Shown: in pieces, positions 54,202 to 64,000 of the stretch
How the letters are laid out: the number at the start of each line of letters is the position of its first letter
Position numbering within the stretch: the first letter of the stretch is position 1
Program-made: the position numbers and the translations under genes
The notes under the pieces: model-generated
The model's database searches: none
Seen by the model: the letters and a program-made list of their open reading frames with translations, nothing else
Told to the model about the DNA's origin: nothing
Origin: Pelagomonas calceolata
Taxonomy: Eukaryota
DNA length: 64,000 nt
Assembly: GCA_918797485.1 (NCBI GenBank)
Contig: CAKKNE010000001.1
Coordinates: 620,001 to 684,000 of the forward strand
Reading direction: 5' to 3'

Positions 54202-54801
54202 ATGGGCCTGCGCCTGAGCATCGTCGGCGGCACGCTCGTCGCACGCTCCGCGAGGGCCTTCATGCGGCCAGTCGCGCGCCGCGCCATCACGACGAAGCGC
54301 ACGGACTGGGCCGGCGAGGCGCGGAGCGTCTGCCAGGGCGCGACGGAGGATAAACTAGAGGCGCTCGGCTACGCGCTGCCGCCCGCGTCGACGCCGAAGG
54401 GCTCGTACGCGATGTACTCGCGCGCGGGCGACATGTTGTTTCTCGCGGGACACATCCCCGTGCGCCCCGACGGCTCGATCTGCACGGGCGTCGTCGGGAG
54501 AGACCTGAAGAAAGCTCAGGGCACGGACGCGGCGCGCCTCTGCGGCCTCGCGCTGCTGCGGACCTTGAGTGATGCGGTCGGGCTCGACAACGTCAAGCAG
54601 GTCCACAAATTGGTGGCCTTCGTGGCGTGTTCCGACGACTTCGAGAACCAGCCCGGCGTCGTCAACGGCTGCTCGGATCTCTTGTTCGAGGTGCTCGGCG
54701 ACCGCGGCGTGCACGCGCGTTCCGCGGTGGGCACGAACGCGCTGCCGCTCGGCGTGCCCGTCGAGATCGAGGCCATCGTCGAGGTCGAGGCGGGGTCGTA
54801 G
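54202..54801 (+). CDS. RidA/YjgF/UK114 family protein
   Basis: LFLAGHIP, VVNGCSDL, HARSAVG..ALPLGVPVEIE. Confidence 0.9.
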   Translation: MGLRLSIVGGTLVARSARAFMRPVARRAITTKRTDWAGEARSVCQGATEDKLEALGYALPPASTPKGSYAMYSRAGDMLFLAGHIPVRPDGSICTGVVGRDLKKAQGTDAARLCGLALLRTLSDAVGLDNVKQVHKLVAFVACSDDFENQPGVVNGCSDLLFEVLGDRGVHARSAVGTNALPLGVPVEIEAIVEVEAGS

Positions 54802-55158
54802 GAGCTCGGGGTTTGTATATAGTAGTAATAGTCGATAGGAGATGGCGTGCATGCCAGCGCGACTGGTTTGACGCGCGCGAGGGATACGCTTATCGTCAAG
54901 CACGCGGGGGGCGCCCAACTAGCACGAAAACCACTAGGGCGAAACTGCCCGACTCTAGCAAAAAGCAAGCGCTGGGCCGATAAAGGGCTGCTAAAAAGCA
55001 CCGCCCGCGAGCCGAGAAGGCTGGGCGAGGCTTCGACAGCACCGCTCGAAGCTCCAACGAGCGACGGCCCGCAGAAAGCTGCTGCCGGGCAGCCCCACTG
55101 TGCTGCCCCAGCTAAAAAGCTAGCCTCAGCGGCGCCGAGCGGAGCAAACTAGACAAAG

Positions 55159-58100
55159 ATGGGCCGCGCCAGGGGCGCCGCCCGCGCCAAGAAGCCCAAA
55201 GTGGCCGACATGCCCTTCGACTGGACCGACCAGCTCATCAACGAAGTGATGGAATCGACAAATTCGACGAGCGCCTTGATGGAAAAGTACGCGTCCGACC
55301 CGCCGTCGCCGGGCAAGTCCCAGCGCGAACGGCGCTGGGCGCCGCCGACGGCCGCCGCGCGCAAGAACCGGAAGCCGCGCACGTTGGCCGAAAAGCGTCT
55401 TGCTGCGGACCGCGCGACGAATCCCCTCGCGGAGGAAGCGTCCGCCGACGCGTTGTCGTGGCGGCTGGATGCGTGGTTTGCCACGCCCATCGGCAAGCGC
55501 GTCGCTGGCAGTACGCCTCAACTACCGCTCGGTCCTTATGTCGATGAGGTGCTACGTGAGCCGATACGGAAGCGCTTTTCAAGGTTCGATGCGACGCGCC
55601 TTGCTAATTTACGAGCGATTGACGAGACCAATAAGGCCATTGAGGAGTGGCATTCCACCAATGAAGAGGAGGGCGCCGAGTGCCCTATTACTCAGATCGA
55701 AGAAATTGGTGTTGAGGAAAATGCCGTCGCGTTACTCACAGATGAAGTCAGTTGCGCTTCGTGGGTTTCATGTACGGTCATTGGTGGATTCACGGGCGCG
55801 AAGACGTACACTTGTATCTTCGAGGATAAGACAGAAACGAGGGATAGTTGTCAGGTCGCGTTCCCGGCCTGGAGCGATACGGGAGAGACGCTCGCAGCCT
55901 TGACCTCCGCCCTGAAACGGAGGAGAGACGCCGAGTCGTTGTTGGCCTTCGCGCATACTATACAAAACGTCCCGGTCAATGAGATCAGCGTGACGCTACC
56001 GGTCCGAGCGTCGTGGGAGCGTTTGTTGAGAATTGGACTTAGTAGAGCCCCTTTCGACTCCGATATTATCAGGGGAGAAGCCCTTGCACAGCTCGAGTCG
56101 CGATACAACTTTGGTAGAAGTGCGTTAGCCCTGCCGCCGCCTCCATCAGACATCACCGAGAGTGATGCACGACTAGCTTCAGCAACAACATCACTATGTG
56201 GCGAAGTCTGTTCTCTCTACCATAACGCGATGAACACGGTCATCTTCAACGCTGACTCCCTGAATCCCTATCACCTCCAAGCTTATTTAGCGAGGGATCT
56301 GCCGCTGCCGCCGCCGTTCCAAGGACCACCTGGTTGTGGTGTAGCAGACAATCCAAGGGAACAAGTGCAGCCCAACAAACTTAAGTTTAGAGATAAAACG
56401 TTCCTCGAATGCCCGGAGGTCGTCTCAGCCCTGGCCACGGCGCTCAACGCCGCGCAAGAGGTGAAAACAACTAGATTGTTGACGACGTCGCACCAGTTCC
56501 CGCGGACGCCCTCGACCTTCACGGAGGACCAGGACAAGCATATAAAAGATACGGTGCGTAAATTGAGGGAGGGCTGGGTCATGCGTACTAGTACGTTAAT
56601 TAACGCCGACCTCCGGACCGCCGACCAGTCCGTATACAATCTTGGTGAATCGTCAATAGCAAAGCACGAGTCCAAGACGAACAAACTCCATCTGTTGTTG
56701 ACGCGTATTAATTACGCCATGGTCCAGGACCTACTTGACCTCACGAAGACGTCTTTGCAAGAATATGCGGAGTACGTCCAATCGCAGTGCGAAGGTACTG
56801 TGACCGTGAATTCTATCGCTGACGTCACATGCGACTACCCTATCAGAAATAAGGGCGACCCGCCGCGCCTGCAGCCTTTATTTCGGATGACTGTAGTGTC
56901 CACACCGGAAAGACGGGTGCTGAACCGAGCTGCGGTGGACGAGGCCAATCGGCGCATCGAGGAGTGGCAAGCTACGGCGGACGAGGGCGAGGAGTGCCCG
57001 ATATCAAAAGTCGAGCCGGTCGAAGGGAGAACTTTTGATTACGAAACTCCACTAAACGAGTCAGTGGAATGCGTCGTTTCTGCGTTCACGAAGGCGATCC
57101 AAGAATGCCGCAACATCCGGCAGGCGCAGAACTACGTCATGGAGCGGCTGTTCTGGCCGAAGCCCGCGCTCATAAAAGCGGTGGCCGGGGACGAGGCGTG
57201 GATCGGTGCACTCATTGATAGCATTACTACTAACATCAAGAAAGCGTTGGAGCCCTGCGAGGCCTACCTCGAGTGCTTCAAGCAGTGGGAGCAGTTCCTG
57301 AACCTCGACGTCGACGAGTACGTTGCATCCCTAAAACACGCGGTGCCGATCCGCGTGGAAATCAAAGTTACGACGTCGGCCCCGTGGCCGCGTCGGCTCG
57401 ACGGCGTGGAGCGTCGCGGTCGCTCGACTCGACCTCGTCTGATGGCCGCGAGTCGCGTCGACGGCGTTGATGTCCGCGCAGGTGCCCAACGACGAGGACT
57501 ACGAGGAGGACCAGGAGCCCGACGCTCCCTCCATCCAGGTCGACCTGGCCATGCTCCGGAAGACGCTGACGAGTCACGTCGACGCCAAATTACGTATAGA
57601 GGCCGACATCCCGGCCGAGGCCATCACGGCCGGTGCTTGTGAATTAAATGCCTTCGCATTGCGAACCGAGTTGGGTGACAAGCACATGGCGATCATCAAC
57701 AAAGTGCTGGAGACGCATTCCGAACACATCCTCGAGTTCTCCGACTTTTTAGATTCGAGGTACAAGTCCATGATGCGCGAGCTCTGCAAGCAGCCCGAGG
57801 ACATCGAGGGTGCCGTAAGCGGCGTCTGATGCCATCTTCATGAATGCGTCTCCATCAGAGATCGTGGAGGGTGGTCTTTTTTTCGAGTTTGAGACTCGCA
57901 GGCACCGCGGCCCTCGAGGAGTACATTGGGAACATGAGCAACGATTTGAGAGCCAACCAGGAGTTGATTGATGAGATGCGCGCCATGAATTCTGTGTTGG
58001 ACGAGTACTTCTATCGAGTAGAATACTCGCACTTCGAAAGACAAACGTCCGTCGCGTTGTGGCCCGTGAAAGTTGGAGACCAGGCGGAGAAGGCCAAGGA

Positions 58101-61100
58101 ATTTTGTGAAGCCATCCGAGCGAAGTACTTGCAAGCGCAAATAGGGGAGCAGGAGGCCTTTGCTGACAGTTTGAATGAGCTGCAGGAGTTCGCGCTGTCT
58201 TTTGACCAGTATACTTCTTTATCAGTATGTGAGGAGGCCGCCTCGAAAGCACGAGATTGCATGCGCCAAGTGGAGGAAGCGGGCGAGCAGGCTCGGCTCT
58301 TCAACGCCCGCGAGTTGCTCTTCGAGCGGGAAGTCACGGTGCCGACTCGGCGTCTGTTGTCCACGCGCCTCGCGAGTGAGTCGTTCCCGCGCAGGACTAC
58401 CAGCAGCTCGCGAACGTAAAAAAGAGGTTCGAGCCCTACTTCCAGTTGTGGGATACTTCTGAGCAGTGGTTAACTGCCTCGGCAGAGTGGCACAATCAGT
58501 CCTTCCTAACGCTGGAAGCGGAGCAAATCGAAACCGACGTGAATTTGTACAAAAATGCGATCCAAAAGGCCTTCAAATTTTTCGATAGAAACAATTTGAG
58601 CGACCAATCGGCGATCGCCAAGGCGATCAGGGACCAGGTCAAATCATTTGAGCCCTACGTGCCGATCATCGTCGCGCTGCGGAACCAGGGCATGCGCCCT
58701 AGACATTGGAAGCAAGTCGGTGCGGCGCTCGGCTTGGAAGATTTTGAGCCTTCGGACGACTTTACATTAACTAAATTGCTCGAGCTCGACCCCGCTTCCC
58801 AAGAAGAATTGATTACGAAGGTCCGTGCCCGCGTCTCACTTCCCTGAGAGTGGTTTCATGTCCGAAGCGGTTCGTTGAAGGACCCGAGGCCTTCTCTGGT
58901 GGAGACGAGTCGCGTCGACGGCATATCGTTCCTCGCAGGTCTCCGAGGCCGCGGCCAAGGAGTACAACATCGAAGTAACGTTAGATAACATGCTGAGCGA
59001 CTGGACGGGCCTCGAATTGCAGATATTTCCTTATAGGGATACGGGGACCGGTGTCCTCAAAGGAGTGGATGAGGTCCAGGCCATCCTGGACGAGCACGTG
59101 ACGATGACGCAGGCGCGCTCGCGGCGTCCCTTCACGCCGTCGACGCGCGTCGTCTTCTGGAGAGGAGGTCGTGGGTGGTTTGTTTTTCGAGTTTGAGGCG
59201 ATTTGGGCCGCGTCGAGCGACCGCGATGCTCACGCAGTCGTTCCGCACAGGCCATGCAGTTCTCGGCGTTCAAGGGGCCCTTCGAGGAGCGCATCGAGGC
59301 CTGGAACCACAAGCTGTTCATCATTGGCGAGGTCTTGGACAAGTGGCTCGAGGTGCAGCGCAACTGGATGTACCTCCAGCCCATCTTCGAGAGCCCCGAC
59401 ATCAACAAGCAGCTGCCCGCCGAGGGCAAGAAGTTCGCGACCGTCAACAAGAACTGGTGCGCGACGGTCACGGCCGCGAAGGCGCGGCCCGTGCTGACTC
59501 AGTGTGAAAAACTTCAACTTCGCGTCGACGGCGTCTGAGAGAGTCGTCGAGCCCTCCACGCCATCGACGCGACGCGTTCCTCGCTTCTCGCCGAGTGAGA
59601 GCGGTCGCGTCTCGCGATCTCGGCACCGCGGCCCTCGGAGCGGCCCAAACTCGGACACGACCTCCGAGAGACCGTATCCAGAGAGCAGAACCTCACCCAG
59701 ACCGCGACACACCCAAAGTTGAAGCACAAGTTGAACTTTCCACGCAGGTCGTCATGGAGTTCTGCGACGACGAGAAGCTCCTCAAGAAATTGAGCGACAG
59801 CGCCGTGCTCTTGGATCAGGTGCAGAAAGGTTTAAATGACTACCTCGAGACGAAGCGGGGCGTCTTCGCGCGCTTTTATTTCCTCTCGAACGACGACTTA
59901 CTTTCTATCTTGTCAGAAAGTAAAGATGTGATGAGGGTCCAGCCCCACTTCAAGAAGTGCTTCGAAGCCATCGATGCCGTGAAGTTCGAACCGCTGGAAG
60001 ATATTAGCGAGTTAGCGATCACGCAGATGGTTTCCCCGGAAAAGGAGGTCGTGCCGATGATGGCGCCCGTCGACCCCGTGGAGAAGAGCGTCGAAGTTCG
60101 TGGTGCGGTGTCCTTCTTACTTCATTGATACGACTCGTATGGATCAGACGAGGTCGTGGGCGGTTTTTTGAGAGATTTCGAGCTCTTTCGGACCGCGTCG
60201 GGGCCGTCGCGTCTCGACGCGGTCCGAGACGGCTCAAAATCGACGAAAAGACCACCCACGGCCTGCTCTCCCCCAGACGCCATCGACGCGACCCGCCAGA
60301 CACGCGTCGCGCCGCGCAGGTCTGGATGGTCGAGGTCGAGGACATGATGCGCCTTTCCGTAAGACACGTCATGCACCTGGCGATCCAGGACTACGCGAGG
60401 CAGGAGCGGACGGTCTGGATGCAGAAGTGGCCAGTGACTCAGAGCAGAAAATGAACTTGAACTTGACGTTGTTGTGAAGATGGCGTCTTCACGAAACCGC
60501 ACCGCCTCGATGGCGTCTTCATGATCACATGAGAGTCTACGCGCCTCGGGAGTGCACGGAGGCAGTTTCGTGACGCCGTCGTTCCGCGCAGGCCCTCCAT
60601 GTGCGTGTTAAATGGAAGCCAGATGTACTGGACGTCCGAGACCGAAACTCTGATAAAAGAGAAGGGTGAAAAAGGACCTCCGGAAATGCTGGAGCACCAG
60701 ATCGAGCAGTTGTCGGCCATGGTTCTTTTAGTGAGAGGTGACCTACCAGGAGCGGTCCGGAACCAGGTCGGCGCTCTCGCTGTGATCGACGTGCATGCGA
60801 GAGACGTCATGATTCGACTCACGAAGGAACGAGTGAGTGACATTTCGGACTTTACGTGGACGTCGCAGTTGCGCTATTACTGGCGCGACGACGATTTGTA
60901 TGCGCAGATGGTGGCGGCGGACCGGAAATACGGCTATGAGTACCTCGGGAACTCGTTTCGATTAGTTATAACACCTTTAACAGATAAATGCTATCTTACA
61001 TTGATGGGCGCGCTACAAATGATTCTGGGCGGCGCGCCGGCCGGTCCGGCGGGCACGGGCAAGACCGAGACCACGAAGGACCTCGCGAAGGCCGTAGCGA

Positions 61101-64000
61101 TGCAATGCGTCGTGTTCAACTGTAGCGACGGTTTAGACTACCAGGCGATGGGCAAGTTCTTTAAAGGTTTGGCGTCGTGTGGCGCCTGGGCCTGCTTCGA
61201 CGAGTTCAACCGCATCAACATCGAAGTTTTGAGCGTCGTGGGCCAGCAGGTCATGTCGATCCAATTGGCGATCAAGGTGCTGACTCAGCGTCAAATGCAA
61301 CTTGAAGTTGCGTCGACGGCGTCGATGCGACCGCATGAGCGTCTACGTTACGCGACGGTGTCGTTCCCACGCAGGGCAAGGTCGACAAGATCGAGTTCGA
61401 AGGGTCTACCATAAGAGTCCTGCCGGGCTTCGGCGTTTTTATAACCATGAATCCCGGCTACGCTGGAAGAAGTGCACTGCCCGACTCCCTATCAGCTTTA
61501 TTTAGACCAGTGGCGATGATGGTCCCCGACTACGCGCTGATCGGGGAGATCATGTTCTTTGCGTACGGGTTCGCGAACGGCAAGGAGTGCGGCCAGAAGA
61601 TGGTCACGACCTTCCGGTTGTGTTCGGAGCAGTGTTCTTCCCAACCGCACTACGACTATGGCATGCGGGCCGTGAAAACGGTCATTACCGCGGCCGGTAA
61701 TCTGAAGCGGAAGGAGCCCCAGGCCGACGAGTTGGTACTACTTTTGAGAGCCTTGCAGGACGTGAACATCCCGAAGTTCCTGGACGGTGACCTGCCTCTC
61801 TTTCGAGGCATCATCTCGGACCTGTTTCCCGGGAAGAAGCGTCCCGAATTAGATTATGGAGCCCTCGTTTCCGTCATGCAGCAGACCATCGATGCGCATG
61901 GGTTACAGCCGCACCCCTGGTTCATGGGCAAGGTCATCGAATTGTATGAAATGATCGTGGTCCGACATGGTGCTGACTCGGCGTCCTTTTCTTCGAGTTT
62001 CTCAACTTCAAGTTGGTGAAGACGGCGTCAATGCGACGTTCCGACACCGTGACGCCGTCGACGTGGTCGTGAGAGAGTCTACGGGTCGCATGAGAGAGCT
62101 GCGGCCGTGTCGCGACGGCGTCGTTCCGCGCAGGCCTCATGCTCGTCGGCCCGACGGGCGGCGGCAAGTCGCGCAACTTACACGTCCTAGAAGACACTTT
62201 GGGCCAGCTCAAAGTCCTCGGCGAGCAGGGTTTTGCGTATGAGAAGGTGAAGATCTACCAACTGAACCCGAAGAGCATCACGATGGGTCCGCGACGCGGC
62301 GTTGAAGTTGACCTTGAACTTGAACTTTTTGTGAGAGCGGCGATGGCGTCGTGGCATCGCGTCGACGCCGTCTTCATGATCATCAGAGCGTCGACGCGTC
62401 TCGCGAGGGGAGTGTCGCGACGCTATCCATCAAACGCAGGTCAAATGTACGGCGAGTTCGATCCCAATACAAGAGAATGGCAGGACGGTATTATGAGCAC
62501 GATGTACCGCCACGCCGCGACCTCGACGACTTCCGATCGGAAGTGGGTCATGTTCGACGGGCCCGTCGACGCGATCTGGATCGAGAACATGAACACGGTC
62601 TTGGATGATAATAAGAAGTTGTGTTTGGTGAGTGGCGAGTCGATAAAGATGAGCAACGAGATGACGATGATGTTCGAAGTTGAAGATTTGCTCGTGGCGT
62701 CACCTGCCACCGTTAGTCGTGTTGGTATCATCTACATGGAGCCCAAAGCGTTAGGATTGGACGTTTTACGAGAATCGTGGGTCACGAGAACTTTAAACAA
62801 GTGCCCCTGCTTCCGGGACACGTCCTTCACAAGTATTATGGCCTTATGTTTTGATAGATATCTATTCACGGCGATCAATTTCATGCGGGGGCAGATGGCT
62901 GAATTGCTGCCGACGATGGACAACAACCTCTGCGAAAGTCTCACGAGGCTGTTGGACTGTTTTTTGGAGCCGTTCTGCGACAAGGAGGGTCGGGATACTC
63001 CTAAGAAGGAAGTTGTGGCGAAGGCCGTGGCGCAGCTCGAGGCGCGGTTCATTTTTTCATTGGTGTGGAGCGTGGGCTGCACGGGGCCGAACGAATCTCG
63101 AGCTCGATTTGATTTATGGCTGCGGTTGCAGTTGGCGCAGTTCGGCATGAAAGATGCCTTTCCAGCTGAGGGATTAGTGTACGACTACGTGCGCGCGCGG
63201 CGTCCCGTGAGCGTGGTTTCTTCTTTGCTGAAGAGGCCGTTCGGACCGAACCGCGATGCGCCACGCATGGCGTGGTCGCCGCGATCCCACGAGAGTCCCC
63301 GCGAGACCGCGATGCGCCGCGCAGGTCTACGACGCCGACGAAAGCAGGTGGGCCGGCTGGATGGCCACGATCGACGACTACAAGGTCGACTCCAAATTAT
63401 CTTTCGCGGAGCTCATCGTGCCGACGCCCGACTCTGTCCGATCTACTTTTATCCTAGCTAAATTGCTACAGAACAGATACCACTGCATGCTCGTGGGCGA
63501 GACTGGTACTGGTAAAACGGTCAATATCTCGCAGTACTTGCAGGGCGTGTCGAAGTGCGAGGGCAAATCAGCTCCCTCAGAACTCATGCCGCTGACGATG
63601 ACGTTCAGCGCGCAGACCTCGGCCAACATGACCCAGGACACGTTGGACGGGAAGTTCGAGAAGAGACGGAGAGGCATCTTCGGGCCGCCGGCGGGCAAGT
63701 TTCAAGCGATCCACGTCGACGATTTGAACATGCCCAAACGGGAGACGTACGGCGCGCAGCCGCCGATCGAAATTCTGCGGCAGTGGTTCTGACTCAGTGT
63801 TTTTCTCGGAACGTTTCCGAACTTCAAGTTCGCGTCGATGGCGTCGGCGCGACGTCACGCCACCGCGACGCCGTCGACGTGGTCGTGAGAGAGTCTACGG
63901 GTCTCGCGAGCGAGCCTCGGGACCGCGGAACGCCTCGAAACGGCTCAAACTCGACAAAGAGACCACCCACGGCCTCGTCTGATGGAGACGACGCGCGTCG
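55159..64000 (+). CDS. Axonemal dynein heavy chain (inner-arm type), partial; 13 inferred introns in the window
   Basis: [79 protein letters not shown]. Confidence 0.95.
57351..57481 (+). mobile_element. Degenerate introner family A copy
   Basis: GTGCCGAT|CCGCGTGGAAATCAA...TTGATGTCCGCGCAG|GTGCCCAA. Confidence 0.7.
59113..59250 (+). mobile_element. Introner family B intron (dynein), GC-AG
   Basis: CCTTCACGCCGTCGACGCG and GTGGGTGGTTTGTTTTTCGAGTTTGAG blocks. Confidence 0.75.
59491..59747 (+). mobile_element. Introner family B intron (dynein)
   Basis: Starts GTGCTGACTCAG; AACTTCAACTT/AAGTTGAAG inverted motifs. Confidence 0.72.
60096..60319 (+). mobile_element. Introner family B intron with 46-bp-arm internal inverted repeat
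   Basis: Arms at 60155-60200 and 60215-60260. Confidence 0.78.
60430..60591 (+). mobile_element. Introner family B intron (dynein), GC-AG
   Basis: TGACTCAG near the 5' end, GAGAGTCTACG, GTCGTTCCGCGCAG end. Confidence 0.72.
61277..61374 (+). mobile_element. Introner family B intron (dynein)
   Basis: GTGCTGACTCAG...GTCGTTCCCACGCAG. Confidence 0.72.
61970..62133 (+). mobile_element. Introner family B intron (dynein)
   Basis: GTGCTGACTCGG...GACGCCGTCGACGTGGTCGTGAGAGAGTCTACGGGTC (shared with the 63786 intron)...GTCGTTCCGCGCAG. Confidence 0.78.
62287..62439 (+). mobile_element. Introner family B intron (dynein); 153 bp, read through in the ORF track
   Basis: Interrupts the conserved [26 protein letters not shown] and GTCTTCATGATCA shared with the 60430 intron. 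Confidence 0.72.
63786..64000 (+). mobile_element. Introner family B intron, runs off the window
   Basis: Starts GTTCTGACTCAG; carries blocks found in the 61970 and 51725 introns. Confidence 0.75.

Noticed and set aside
1..64000. Autonomous transposase, tRNA or rRNA genes
   Set aside because: None recognisable in this window; the introner mobiliser must lie elsewhere

Overview
GC-rich, gene-dense eukaryotic nuclear DNA. The intron style, the selenoprotein candidate and the gene families suggest a pelagophyte stramenopile alga (Pelagomonas/Aureococcus-like); this is an inference. About 33 protein-coding loci can be supported, including TOP2, adenylate kinase, CMP-sialic acid synthetase, a ferroportin-like transporter, BioA, bystin, a cNMP-PI3K, a BEACH/FAN-like protein, a class I aldolase, a TPR-DnaJ protein and the 5' part of an axonemal dynein heavy chain. 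Main signals beyond the gene list: (1) two families of transposon-derived 'introner' introns, one with 15-bp TIRs and 8-bp TSDs whose first bases supply the GT/GC donor; (2) a splice grammar in which all 31 introns I could delimit end CRCAG|G and every GC donor is echoed by GC in the next exon; (3) a recurrent paired-CTAG element (AGCTAGCGGC(A)TGTAAGACACTAGC) about once per promoter; (4) a redoxin-like ORF with an in-frame UGA and a SECIS-shaped hairpin overlapping its stop codon; (5) two nearby 2OG-Fe(II) dioxygenases fused to chromatin modules (MBD-like; Sin3 PAH plus F-box); (6) an AUGA-coupled pair of small ORFs; (7) an unexplained ~1.5-kb island containing a diverged 291-bp tandem repeat. 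Exon boundaries were inferred by eye from protein homology and frame restoration, not from transcripts.
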